Positions 35,139-47,391 are shown, numbered from the whole stretch's first letter. The stretch: DNA of 64,000 nt, filler included, from Diploschistes diacapsis (GCA_023645945.1; 27 parts of 27 records of this genome joined end to end with filler, not necessarily neighbours in it); one strand, 5' to 3'. The notes: generated from the sequence alone by a model not told the origin. A program made the numbers and translations.

Positions 35139-35873
35139 TCAGCGATCCCTGGCCCTCCCAAATTTTCGTATTTGCCTACGTCTCATCGCTGTGATCGGCG
35201 ACCAAAGGCCAGCAAAGAGTTCCTCGCACTCTTCCTCATCCTGACTATCAAATTCGACAGCTTCCTCGCCGCCAAACGCCGCTTCACTTGAGTTCTCCTG
35301 CAGCCTCTCATCCTCCCATTGTGTTGCAATGCTCACCCTCTTCGTCTCTAGGATATACTTTCCAACCTTGTACTTCTGCGACTCCTCCTCCGCAGCCACG
35401 TATTTCCACCCCAAAATACTATCGCAGAACATGCAGCTCACGTCACTTACGGTATGGGCTCCAGTAACGAGCTGGCGTGGCACAGGCTTGTGGATATTTG
35501 TGTTCGGAAGCGAGGACTGCTCGACGGACAGTGGGCTCTCAAGGGCACTGCTGAGACCTAGCGCGGCGGAGACCAGGTATGCTCGTCCCCATCGACCTGT
35601 GAAGCCACGCGATACAATAGCGGAGGTAAGACAGAGGTCGGCAGCACAACGACCGCAGCGAAGATAGGAGCTATAAGCGTTGAGGTAGACGTCGCTAACA
35701 TCAAGCGTGTTGGAAGCTACACCCTGAAAGGAAGACGGAGAAGTAGAGGATGAGTCCATGGAATGAGACGAGAGATGGGAGTCGGCGCTGGCTTTGCGGC
35801 GTCGAAATGAGGGCGAGGGAAACAGATAGAACGGGAACGCCGAAGCTGGGGAGACTCGACTTAGAAAAGACAT
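35139..35873 (-). CDS. Yippee/Mis18-family zinc-binding protein, 244 aa
   Basis: CGRC...IVSRGFTGRWGRAYLV...RQLVTGAHTVSDVSCMFCDSILGWKYVAAEEESQKYKVGKYILE. Confidence 0.92.
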   Translation of the reverse strand: MSFLSRVSPASAFPFYLFPSPSFRRRKASADSHLSSHSMDSSSTSPSSFQGVASNTLDVSDVYLNAYSSYLRCGRCAADLCLTSAIVSRGFTGRWGRAYLVSAALGLSSALESPLSVEQSSLPNTNIHKPVPRQLVTGAHTVSDVSCMFCDSILGWKYVAAEEESQKYKVGKYILETKRVSIATQWEDERLQENSSEAAFGGEEAVEFDSQDEEECEELFAGLWSPITAMRRRQIRKFGRARDR

Positions 35874-36374
35874 TTCGGAAAACCCAGAGTTGCAACCTCC
35901 GAATCAATCGAATGGATTCATGAATTTTTCTGAGGGTCTAATAAAGATTGCAGTCACTTGAATTCGCATATACGTGACGTTAGGAATTTAGGGAGCTGGG
36001 ACAGTCGAAGCGAAGCCCATCGCTGGGAAACAGAAAGATAGATGAGCATTTACGCTGCAAATATCATTGCCGAAGTTATACGCATGGCCAAGTGACACCT
36101 TGATATGGGATTTAGATCATGGTCTATGGGAAACGATGGTTGCGATGGTAGTCATTTGGGGTGGGGAACGTGAGACGGTCAGCGGGGCGTATGGTTACAA
36201 GGATGTGTAGTGACCGTTAGGTGGATAGGTGCACAGGTTCCTAATATAGTGGCTAAGATATATCCTGAGCTAATCCTAACTAGAAAACTATTCCTAGCCT
36301 GCCTAGCCTACTTAGTTAATTATTGTTCAGTGATGTTATTGTTGCTGTGAATAATAGGAAGTGAGAAACCTTTA

Positions 36375-37231
36375 ACGTCTTTCACCACAAAACGGGTTAC
36401 ACTACAAAGCGGGTTACTTATTATAATGTAGATGCGTTAGATAGTTTTAAGCGAGCTTTTGAGCCCCATAACCACATATAAAATTATTTGTACGAAATTA
36501 AATCTTTTTAATTACATTACCTTATTTTCATCCCTGCGCGGCCGTTCTTCGGTCTTTTTTTAATTCGTTCGGACATTTTTCTATAATATAAGTCTTTTTC
36601 CGTTATTACGTACGAAACTAATGTGTTTATAAAGCAATGGTACTTTAGGTTCCCCCCGACGGCGGTGTGGTAATAATAGAAAAAGGAGGTGTGATAAGAA
36701 GAAGAGAAGGAGAGGGTTCGTACGACTGGCTCGTCGTCGGAAGATAATAATTGGCGAATTTCGTTTATAACGTAACGTAACGTACGGTCTTTGTTTTATT
36801 CGATATTAATATTACTTTCGTACGAGGACGTATTATATTTAAATAGATTAAATCGCATCGGGCTTCGTATATAAACGCGGTCTTTATTTAGTCCCGCGGT
36901 CGTACGCGTGACGTATAATGTACCGAGTATTATTAACGTGATCTCACGTCTTTCCCAGAATACCGCCGTTTAATTAATTATTTCGATAAATATTACGTTA
37001 ATTATAAATAACGGGATTATTCCGTAAAATATCGGTGATTGTACGAGAATAAAAATTAATACGATAATTCATCCTCTTCGTTATTTGATGATAGATTAAT
37101 TGCACCGGTTTTAAAAATAAAAGAACCGGAGAAAAAAGAAATAAAGATAATAAAGATAAGGAAAAGGTTGTTGTTGTTAAAGGAACTTAATACGACAAAC
37201 GATCCGAACGTTCTTTAAATACGTATGAAGC
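36375..37231. mobile_element. Terminus of a RIPed Fot1/pogo-like DNA transposon
   Basis: TA|ACGTCTTTCACCACAAAACGGGTTAC...GCGGGTTAC has internal direct repeats and marks the abrupt switch to AT-rich, CpG-retaining DNA. A related end occurs at 42724-42747. Confidence 0.6.
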
Positions 37232-37331
37232 NNNNNNNNNNNNNNNNNNNNNNNNNNNNNNNNNNNNNNNNNNNNTTAATTAATTAANNNNNNNNNNNNN
37301 NNNNNNNNNNNNNNNNNNNNNNNNNNNNNNN

Positions 37332-37588
37332 ACCTATAACTACTCTATCTTCTTCTCCTGCCACACTCCTCTTCTAACAGAAACCAAACCCACCTTAATC
37401 CTACTCGTGTATACCTTGTATAGATAGAGATCATAACAAATACTATTATTAATAAATAACTGTTCGAGTAGATCTGTCCTCGATAAACATCTGTTACCGG
37501 GCATTTGTCAGTCACGTGACCCGTGTCACCGTGGTTGGCTATATACAGAAAGCTGGGACGTGCTAAGTTTGGTACTTGGATCGTAACA
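37332..37588. mobile_element. Two LTR-D pieces in opposite orientation (3' end ...GAGATCATAACA at 37438; reversed 5' end ...GGATCGTAACA at 37588)
   Basis: Same termini as the complete copy at 55737-56191. Confidence 0.75.
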
Positions 37589-37764
37589 TTATTTTACGAT
37601 TAAAGTTTCTCAAAATACGGATATTAATTAAAACAATCCGTTTGTTTTAATAAGTCTTCGATATTCTTTAATCTTATTTTAATAATTATTTAGGTTTGAT
37701 AAAAATTCTTATATATTTTAGTTTAACAGATATCCTTTCTATTTGTAAAGGATAAGATGCAGTA

Positions 37765-37984
37765 TAGAACGCCCCTACAGGAATACTACACAACCAGGGG
37801 CTGAGCCTGATCTGGAAGGATCACGTGTAGCTGCAATCTGTAGGCTGAATGGTTCAGATTCGATAAGGTAAAGAAGAAGGAACTATCTAGATGGGAAGAG
37901 GGCCCAAATAAATAGTCTGGGTGCCAGCCCTACCAGCCCTACCAGGGTTCAACCCTTGAACCTACAAACGTTCAGGATGTTCCA
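37765..37984 (-). mobile_element. Solo LTR, family LTR-B (TGGAACATCC...GGCGTTCTA, 220 bp), 5-bp TSD CAGTA/CAATA, nested in an LTR-F copy
   Basis: The homologous empty site is at 63436-63500; other copies at 52668-52872 and 53627-53843. Confidence 0.92.
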
Positions 37985-39043
37985 CAATAGTGTGATAGTA
38001 ATGGTCATAGTATTCATGAACTAATCTCTAGAGAAGAAAAGAGGAGATCCTTCTATAAAAAGTTCTCTTATAAGGATCTACGGCCTTAATGCGGCGTTAA
38101 AATTGAATTCCTTCGTTCGCCCGAAAGACTATTATAATTATTTTTTCTTATCTTAATTCTATATTTCTAAAACCGTTATTTACGTTTATTTAAAAACTTC
38201 TATAAAGATTCCGATATACTTTCGCTAACCCCGCGGAAAGATAGCGGATACGTATTCGCCGTAAAACGAGAATCTATCGATATAGTTTCGATTAATTAAT
38301 ATACGGACTAGTATCGGTTTCTTAACGCGTAAAATGCGGATGTATAAATCNNNNNNNNNNNNNNNNNNNNNNNNNNNNNNNNNNNNNNNNNNNNTTAATT
38401 AATTAANNNNNNNNNNNNNNNNNNNNNNNNNNNNNNNNNNNNNNNNNNNNAAATAAAGGAGTCCGATAGGTCGAATAAAGTTTATTAAATACGATTATAA
38501 AATTAATAAACTATAATTCAGTATTTATAAAGCCTGTTTAAACGTTTTAATTCGTAATAACTCGATTTCGAGTTATTAAAAATAATTCGATCTATTCTGA
38601 GCGTATTATACGCGATTTATTAAATCGAATAATATAATCCGTCTTTTACGCCAACGCGCTTTTTAACGACGAAAATACTGCGACATCGAATAATTAAAGA
38701 AGATAAAAACTATACGGAAGTAATATTATTAAATCGATTCGATTAAATATATAAAAGCGAATAATATTAATGATAATATAATTATTATAATCGTTTATAA
38801 TTAATAAACGACGCGTTTCGGGTCGATTCGGTCTAATTAAAGACTTAAAAATACGTATAAATTATTAATATCCGTGTTTATTTGTTATTTATTTTTTATT
38901 AATTTTTTATAATTCGGTCGCATTTGAGGAAGAATTATATAATAAGAATAAATCTAAATCGATTCGATTCGAGATTTAAAAAAGATTATAAAATGGAAAT
39001 AAAGAGGTCCGATAGGTCGAATAGAGCTTATTAAACACGATTA

Positions 39044-39469
39044 ACGTGTTTGACGGGGATTCCGGCCACCCCCAGATTCCGGCCACCTCAAATCACTAAT
39101 TTCATCTTACATTCGATTTTTCTTAAGAATGACTACCTCGTTGTAAGGCCTGCGGGGTTAAACATCTGCCACCTACTGCCACAGCCACGCACCTACATAT
39201 AGTGTAATAGGGAAACAGTGCTTCGGGGTTCCTGAAAGCGTTGTGGTTAGTCTTTTGGCTCAGTGGGATAGGGCTACCTATTAGGCACTACCACCGCTGT
39301 TACACTCGTATCGTAATAATTCGATTCTAATAAAATTTAATATTAACGACTGTTTATAAGCCCTAAAATCATAATGTTATATTAACATTCGAGAAACTAC
39401 TCACGCATTTAAAGTATCTCGGTCGATGATTATAGATTAACTCGATAAAGTTTAATCTCGCTTTAATAA
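39044..39469 (+). mobile_element. 5' end of a Fot1/pogo DNA transposon (TIR TA|ACGTGTTTGACGGGG; RIPed HTH_psq transposase start)
   Basis: TIR with duplicated TCCGGCCACC; ATG at 39129; degenerate ...ALKS*CYINIRETTHAFKVSRSMIID. Related ends at 43740 and 50898. Confidence 0.85.
39142..39304. mobile_element. Solo LTR, family LTR-C (TGTAAGGCC...CTGTTACA, 163 bp), perfect TSD CTCGT
   Basis: TG...CA termini; TSD at 39137-39141 and 39305-39309; second copy reversed at 50371-50531. Confidence 0.93.
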
Positions 39470-39569
39470 NNNNNNNNNNNNNNNNNNNNNNNNNNNNNNN
39501 NNNNNNNNNNNNNTTAATTAATTAANNNNNNNNNNNNNNNNNNNNNNNNNNNNNNNNNNNNNNNNNNNN

Positions 39570-39920
39570 AATAAATAGTTGCCGATAAATATTTATTAAA
39601 AATAAATCTATCGGTAATAAACCTTTATTAGTAACAGTGCTATCGCGACAACTTTACTATCGGCGACCGGCTGTCATCTTAGGCTATATAAGAACATCGT
39701 TATGACCTTTATGAAAACGGGCGTGTTCAGACCTTATATTATTCTGATAGATAGATTAATGCGATATTAATACCCTTTATCATCTAATATATTTCTAGAA
39801 ATCAATACAGACTCGTACTTGATTTTCTTCTTCTTCCTGCCTACACTCCTCTCCTATACGAGACTAAACCTACTTTGATCGATACCTCGTGTCTACGTTG
39901 TAGAGATAGAGATCATAACA
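39570..39920 (+). mobile_element. LTR-D 3' portion
   Basis: Ends ...TGTAGAGATAGAGATCATAACA; homologous to 45158-45385. Confidence 0.75.
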
Positions 39921-40777
39921 ATTTCCGTTTAATCTTTAATTAGTTTCTTTTTTCTCGCCGCTAAATCCGCCTCCGTAATTTCGTCCCGCCGTAATTAAGA
40001 CTCGATTTTAGGCCTCCAAACTTAAAAAACGACGTTCATTATTTTTTTAATCTTACCCCCGATTCTGCTGGCTTAACAGCCATTATAACGTTTTTTCCCG
40101 TTATATTTCCCAATTTTTCGAGACGTTCTGACGCGAGAGTTATTTAGCCCCCGCGTCGGTGAGCCCTCCGCGGAATTGCGAATCGTTAACGCCGCGTATT
40201 TATCTCGCGATATTTACGATAGCGTAATTTAAAGAAACCTATTATATAGCGAGATTTCTAAAAATATTAAATATCTTCACGCGGTTCGTATCTGCGAGAG
40301 AATTTACGTAATCCTTTACGCATTTACGATTACGCGAGAGCACGACGTTCTCGTTATCTTAATAAATAATATAAATAATTATATTATATTTTATTGCGTC
40401 TCGCGTCATCTTCTTTCTCTTATTAATCACGACAAACGGATAAAAAAAAGAATGTCGTAAAGAATCTTAAAAAGAACGAAAACGGAATTAAACGCGTTAA
40501 CGGGCGTGATAGTGCGAGAAAAAGTTTAGAAAGATATTTTCGAATCGTTTATAATTATTATATTAAGTTAAAAATTTAAAAATATTANNNNNNNNNNNNN
40601 NNNNNNNNNNNNNNNNNNNNNNNNNNNNNNNTTAATTAATTAANNNNNNNNNNNNNNNNNNNNNNNNNNNNNNNNNNNNNNNNNNNNGTATTACCGATCC
40701 ATTTAATAAAAATAATCTTATTTTTGGTGATAGCGTCCTTAACTATATTATTAACTTTATTATTATATAGTTAAGGT

Positions 40778-41089
40778 TAGGCTGGCCGTTTCGTGCCACG
40801 GACACTTCCACGGATACTACCGAGAAAATTTTTAAAACACGATACTGCCACGGACACTACGGCTAAAATTTTAAAACATAAATACTTCCACGGATACTAT
40901 ATTATAATAAAAGCACGAACACGGACATTACGATTAAAAATTTTAAAACACGGATACTTTTACGGACATTACACTACAGTAAAAACACGAACACGGACAC
41001 TACGGCTAAAAATTTTAAAACACGGATACTACCACGGCCGTATCCGTGCCACGGACACGGCCGTGTCAGTATCCGTGACGGCCAGCCTA
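40778..41089 (+). mobile_element. Non-autonomous hAT-like MITE, 312 bp, 12-bp TIR TAGGCTGGCCGT, 8-bp TSD GTTAAGGT/GTTAAGAT, inserted in Copia sequence
   Basis: TIRs, TSD and ACGGACAC subterminal repeats are all visible. The left flank matches 55203-55275 in reverse. Confidence 0.9.
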
Positions 41090-41805
41090 GTTAAGATTCA
41101 GGTTCAAGTTCAGATTCTAAACTTTCTAAACTTTTATCGTCTAAACCTTCTACATTATAGGCGCGCTTGTTCTTACCTTTCTTATCGCGGATATCTCGGG
41201 ATCTTTTCTCTTTCTCTCGCTTCTTATCTTTTATTACGATAACCATTTTTCTAAATTCTTTAGCGAGCTTGCATCGTATCGCGCGATAATCATCGCCATT
41301 ATAAAAGAAATATCCTTCTTTTAAGCTAAAATGGCGGCGTCGTTTTTCGTCGGATCGTCTTTAGGAACGAAAACGGAAACCTTTAGGGTACTATAATCTT
41401 TTATAACGTAAAAAATATACTATAATTTCTTTTATTAATTTATTTTACTTATCGGTAAATCTATTAAACCATTTATCGAAGTCGATATTAACGGATAAGA
41501 TATTATCGATCTAGATATTAATAACGTCGATAATAATTCCGTAATTAGGCGGTAATGTTACAAGTAATTGTTAAAAAAGAACCTTCAAGGCGTATTCAGT
41601 TCGTTCATACGACAATTTCTTCGAAAATTTTATTAGATACATCCACGTTTCTTAAATGGTCGTGCCTTCCTTGAGTTTATAATTGGCGAATTCAAGATTC
41701 AGTTANNNNNNNNNNNNNNNNNNNNNNNNNNNNNNNNNNNNNNNNNNNNTTAATTAATTAANNNNNNNNNNNNNNNNNNNNNNNNNNNNNNNNNNNNNNN
41801 NNNNN

Positions 41806-42340
41806 GAGGATAGGGATGCTGGAGGGGTGGTGGAGAGGAGGTGTCGGAGGGAGGAGGTGAGGAAGGCGGAGATCGTGGCGAAGGGGCGGTAGAAGTTGGC
41901 GTCGTCGGCTGCTGTGGGTTCGCCGGACGATTGGGACTGGTGGTGGCCGTTTGTTTCAGGGGCGTCGGGCATGGGCACATCGCCGTTGGCGGTGGTCGGA
42001 CCGCCTTGCGGTTGCGGGGCCTCGGATTGAGAGGATGGGTGAAGGAACTCGGCGCGATCAACGTGGCTGGCGATCACGGCGACCTTGTTGACCTGGTTGA
42101 AGGCGAGGTGGGCATTGATGAAAACTAGGAGAGCGGAGATGGCCTTGGCGAGGGGCAAGGTGGGGGATAAATAGGCCCATGCTACTGGATTCGTATCCAG
42201 AATAATAGTAAGAAAAGAAGGAGGTGGTTCTGTATCCAATCAGTTCACCTCGCTGAAATACGGTGAAGTGGAGCTAGGGTAAGCTATAACCAACCTTCAA
42301 TCTCCCTTGTGTAGTGCTCGGATGCGTCGACGTTGTCCAT
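41806..42340 (-). CDS. TFB4: TFIIH subunit Tfb4 (p34), N-terminal part; exons 42340-42295 and 42229-41806 (truncated)
   Basis: MDNVDASEHY...PPPSFLTIILDTNPVAW...LLVFINAHLAFNQVNKVAVIASH...FYRPF. Confidence 0.93.
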
Positions 42341-42747
42341 TATCCAGATAATAGAAGGCCATATGAAGGCACCTGCGATCACTTCATTATACTGTAGTTG
42401 TAGCCACCTCTGGTATGGTTTCCTGGGTTAATGTGATCAACCTCGAAATTTCTCTAATGGCATGCAGCTCCGGATTATATGTTGATCCGGTAGCAGGAAT
42501 TCCTTCCGTTTTCGGCTTCGAGGTTCAACTACAGTTGCAGACTTCAAGGTCGGTTTTTGAATGCGCTTGTTGCCTTTCTGTTCCTTTCTCTTCCAACACT
42601 TCATGTCAATGTATGAAGCGCACTACCTAGGGACGATGATTGGGGTAGTAAGATGAGCAAGCGCTAAGCCTATTTTAGTTATAAAAAGTACCTCTCTTTA
42701 CTTAGGTCAGATAAGTACCTTTAACTTGTTTCACCACGCAACGGAAC

Positions 42748-42823
42748 TAGGCTGGCCGTTTCGTGCCACGGTCACTGACACGGACACTACAACAAAAATT
42801 TTCAAAACACGGACACTAACACG
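42748..42823 (+). mobile_element. hAT-like MITE left end (truncated by contig end)
   Basis: TAGGCTGGCCGTTTCGTGCCACGG. Confidence 0.88.
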
Positions 42824-42923
42824 NNNNNNNNNNNNNNNNNNNNNNNNNNNNNNNNNNNNNNNNNNNNTTAATTAATTAANNNNNNNNNNNNNNNNNNNNN
42901 NNNNNNNNNNNNNNNNNNNNNNN

Positions 42924-43561
42924 TTCATAGTTAATATAATGAATTATCGTACGAATTAATTGCGTAAATGTAATTGCAACTTATACGAATCGAGAAGGAT
43001 GTCTGTTCGCTATGAATGTCCGCTCGCTATGCATATCCGTTATACGAGACTGAACTTATTTTAAATCGTAAAAATGGATTTCGTACGAAGTAACCCGGTA
43101 ATCGAGAATAAATTTTTATTATCTCAATTATTTACGCGGACGATTATGCGTTAAATAATAATTCTTAAAATCGAAATTAAGATAGTTCGCACGGCGAATA
43201 AAACACTTAACAAACGAAAAAGTGTTAAAAAACGCGCGTACGAATTAAAAAATCATATAACGTATTAAAAACAATCGTATTATAATCTTTAAAGATCGAA
43301 ATTCGTACATAAAAGACTAATATATCTAAAATAAAGATCGTACGAAGGAAATCGGATTACGCGTACGACGTTATAATAAATATAATTAGTTCGGGTATAA
43401 TACGCGAACTTATAAAATAAAATCTATAACTTCTAAAAAAGATATTAATAATTAATATAATAAATTATCGTAAGAATTGATTGCGTAAATATAATTATAA
43501 CTCGTACGAATCGAGAAGGGTATCCGTTCGCTATGAATGTCCGCTCGCTATGCATATACGT
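42924..43561 (+). mobile_element. Two 3' ends of a Fot1/pogo transposon (TIR ends ~43040 and 43561) with RIPed transposase C-terminus
   Basis: ...GTCCGCTCGCTATGCATATACGT|TA; ghost CCHC knuckle at 43372-43413; the same end occurs reversed at 57253-57330. Confidence 0.85.
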
Positions 43562-43739
43562 TATTTAATCTTTTTTAAAGATTTTTACTTCGATAACGAG
43601 AACCGTAAACTAATTTAAGAACTCGTTAAATTTCTTATTACTTTATTATAACTTCTTATAATCGTTTTTAACGATTAATCGGGCGTTTTTATTTATTTAT
43701 CGATTACTTAATCGTTCGAATAATATTTCGACGATAATA

Positions 43740-43940
43740 ACGTGTTTGACGGGGAAATGGGCCACCCCCAGAAGTGGGTTATTTCTTATTATAATTTTCG
43801 TTTTTTTTCGATTTATTTAATAATAATTACGTCGTATAATACCGATTTAATTTTATTAAAATCTAATATTAACGATTATATTAACGCCTTAAATTTTTAA
43901 TAATATATTAGCGTTCGCGAAACTATCCGTACATTTATAT
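43740..43940 (+). mobile_element. Fot1/pogo 5' end related to 39044
   Basis: TA|ACGTGTTTGACGGGGAAATGGGCCACCCCCAG followed by homologous degenerate transposase start. Confidence 0.8.
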
Positions 43941-44040
43941 NNNNNNNNNNNNNNNNNNNNNNNNNNNNNNNNNNNNNNNNNNNNTTAATTAATTAANNNN
44001 NNNNNNNNNNNNNNNNNNNNNNNNNNNNNNNNNNNNNNNN

Positions 44041-44341
44041 AATATAGATTAATCCCGAGTAATGATTAAGAATGTTTATGAAAGTGAACACGTTTTAGAT
44101 TTATGGAAGTTATGGCGACGTTCTTATATAATTAATAGCTCTTTTAGTAAAATAGATAAATAGATGGGTAGAATTATCGTTCTTTCTTTCTATTTACGAT
44201 TGGGTAGAATGGTTTTTTAGACCTTTTACTTATCACGTGACCCGTGTCATCCTGATTGGACTATATATAAGGAATGGTTGGGAAGTGCTCGACTAGCTGT
44301 TGCGTGTTAAGTACTACCGACTAGTACCTTGGATCGTAACA
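44041..44341 (-). mobile_element. LTR-D 5' portion (reverse), homologous to 46954-47260
   Basis: Ends CTTGGATCGTAACA; contains TCACGTGA and a TATA-like motif. Confidence 0.8.
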
Positions 44342-44620
44342 TTATACCGAACGAAATTAAACGAGTTAATTATCGACTTAAATTATTTAAAGATGTAAAA
44401 GTGTACCTAATATTTCATTTTAAATATCTTGAACTAGTATACCCGGATATATCGTTATAAAAAACCTTCTATTTCGAATCAAATAACGAGAACGAATACG
44501 AAGTCGAAGTAATAATATATTATAAGATGCCAGATATAGCTTCTTTCAATTTTGAAAATAGATCCAAATCGAGGATATTAGAATGGTTCTTTTGGAATGA
44601 CTTCGACTGATATCCTACCG
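44342..44620 (+). mobile_element. RIPed Gypsy/chromovirus integrase C-terminus and chromodomain
   Basis: VYLIFHFKYLELVYPDISL*KTFYFESNNENEYEVEVI resembles the HPVFHVSLLEP...EYEVE motif. Confidence 0.75.
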
Positions 44621-45157
44621 ACGAAATACTTGACAAGCGCCCCCCAGGGCAACAGCGGAGAGATGGCAGCGATGCAACGAGAAGGAGGAGAGTCGCGTCG
44701 CGATGCGTTTCATCCCTAGCAGGACCGCGCAGGCGGGCCGGCGGGGAGCTCGAACGTAAAGGATAGATTAAAAGACGTAATATAAGCAATCGGGGCATAC
44801 GTGAAAGCAAAATAGAACGAAAGATTAATATAATTTTAGATTATAGTAAGGGAAGCGATACGTAAGAACAGCGCCGATGACCGGAATCTAATCGTAAAAA
44901 AAACGCGTCGAAATTAAAAAAAAGATTAAATACGATTAAAGAAAATATAAAAACGATATAAAGAATTATAAAAAAAATAAGAAAACAATCGTAGTAATAT
45001 CGGGAATAAAAATTAAATTTAAATGACGGGTACTTCCCTCGAAAGAAAGAATAAAATNNNNNNNNNNNNNNNNNNNNNNNNNNNNNNNNNNNNNNNNNNN
45101 NTTAATTAATTAANNNNNNNNNNNNNNNNNNNNNNNNNNNNNNNNNNNNNNNNNNNN

Positions 45158-45385
45158 CCATAACTCTTATAAATCGGGGTATATTTATCTTTATAAACAT
45201 CTTTAACGATTATTCGAGATCAATCTATATTCGTTTACTTCTATTATGAGATAGCAATCTTTTTAGAAATCAGAATAAATCTATTATTGATTTATTTCTT
45301 TTCCTTCCATATTCCTCTTTTATTAGAGACCAAACCCACCTTGATCAATACCTCGTGTCTACGTTGTAGAGATAGAGATCATAAC
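45158..45385 (+). mobile_element. LTR-D 3' portion inserted into a repeat shared by 44666-45057 and 45386-45780
   Basis: GAGATCATAACA|GCAGCGATGCAACGAG; the uninterrupted homologue is at 44666. Confidence 0.8.
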
Positions 45386-46953
45386 AGCAGCGATGCAACG
45401 AGAAGGAGGAAAGTCGCGTCGCGACGCGCTTCATTTTTAACAAGACCGCGCAGGCGGGCCGGCAAGGAACTCGAACGCAAAGGACAGATTAAAAGATGTA
45501 ATATAAATAATCGAAACATACGTGAAAACAAAATAAAATAAAAGATTAACATAATTCTAAATTATAATAACGGAAACGATACGCGGGAATAACGCCGACG
45601 TATTAAAACTTAATCGTAAAAAAAACGCGTCGAAATTAAAAAAAAAAAACTAAACACGATTAAAGAAAATATAAAAACGATATAAAGAATTATAAAAAAA
45701 TAAAAAAATAAAAAAATAATCGTAGTAATATCGGGAATAAGAACTGGGTTTAAATGGCGGGTGCTATCCCGGGAAAAAGAATAAGGTAATGAAAGTACTA
45801 AAAAGAACGATTAAGAAGATCATAATTCGCTTAAAAAATAAGATATAAACGAGAAAGCAACGGAATAGATTCGAATTAATAACGGACGCGAAGAAAATCG
45901 AAATAAAGAATAGTATTATAACCCGACGGCTCTTTAACGGGAACGTAAGATTTATAATAAATTAAAAGAAAGTAAAAGACGAAACCGAAAAAATAAAAAA
46001 ATAAATAACGATACTTAAACGAAGAACGAAGATAATACGGAAAAACTTTATAATAATAATGTATAAAATACGAATAAACTCCGTAAATATTATAAAATAA
46101 AACGCGACGGTATACGTTATTAATAAAATAAACCCGAATTTAAAGAATATAATACGTCGAATAATATAAAAAAANNNNNNNNNNNNNNNNNNNNNNNNNN
46201 NNNNNNNNNNNNNNNNNNTTAATTAATTAANNNNNNNNNNNNNNNNNNNNNNNNNNNNNNNNNNNNNNNNNNNNATTTATACGTTTTTAAAGAAAAAACT
46301 AGAACGAAACTGGCAACGGAATCGAATGAATTCTTAATATAGAACCTTAATATCTGTTTACTCGGCGTTATTAATAGGTAATATATAAAAGAACTGGATA
46401 AAGTTATAAAGATCGGGTTTCGCGGTATCGACGTCGATATTTAATATAATAAATTAAAAGTTAGATTTAAATTATCGTCCGATCGAGTATTAGTTTCGCT
46501 AAAAGGTCTACGATTTGGGATTATAGATATACGAAGTGTTAAAGACCCGCTAAACTTTTTATTTAAATTTAAATATTTGGCGATATATATCGATATTATC
46601 TCGAATAAACGATCGTAAACGTTAATAATTTATTAATATTTAAATAGTTAATTATGTCGCGATATACGGATATCGAAGAATAATAAACTAAAATAAACTA
46701 ATCTTCTTAATACTATACGAGATGTTAAAGAAGTTTGGTCTAATACTTGGGATTCTTAATCTTATAAAAGTCGAAACGCGCAGTAACTATCTCGCCGCTA
46801 ACCTTTATAATTACTACAAAATTCGAATTAATAGCGAGAACCTTACCGCCCTCCTATATAATCATACTTAGGTCAGTACATAGATCAGTATAATAAATTT
46901 AATCAGAAATTGCCGTATAAATACCAACAATAATATAATGCCTACGTTATAAC

Positions 46954-47291
46954 TGTTACGATCCAAGTGACTAGGTGGTAGCCACTTGGCACTTCACAGC
47001 TGATCGGGCCTAACCCAACCACTCCTTGTATATAGTTTAATCATGGTGACATTAATCACGTGATGAGTAAAAAATCTTAAAGGCTATTTTATCCTTTATG
47101 GGTAAAACGGGAGAACGGTAATTTTATCTATTTATTAATCTATTCCGTTAAGGAGTAATTAATTATATAAAAACGTCGTTATGGCTTTTATAAATCTTAA
47201 TATATTCATTTTTATAAATATTTTTAATTATTACTCGGAATTAATTTATATTCGTTTTATTTTTGTTGAGCAAACAGGCAGAAGGCATGGC
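46954..47291 (+). mobile_element. LTR-D 5' portion interrupted at 47264 by the start of a Copia LTR-E (TGTTGAGCAAACAGGCAG)
   Basis: TGTTACGATCCAAG start; the LTR-E start matches the 18648 end in a less RIPed form. Confidence 0.78.
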
Positions 47292-47391
47292 NNNNNNNNN
47301 NNNNNNNNNNNNNNNNNNNNNNNNNNNNNNNNNNNTTAATTAATTAANNNNNNNNNNNNNNNNNNNNNNNNNNNNNNNNNNNNNNNNNNNN

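Noticed and set aside
40793..41242. ORFs reading KILKHGYFYGHY... (also 47980-48228 and 60157-60399)
   Set aside because: Translations of MITE tandem repeats with non-ATG starts.
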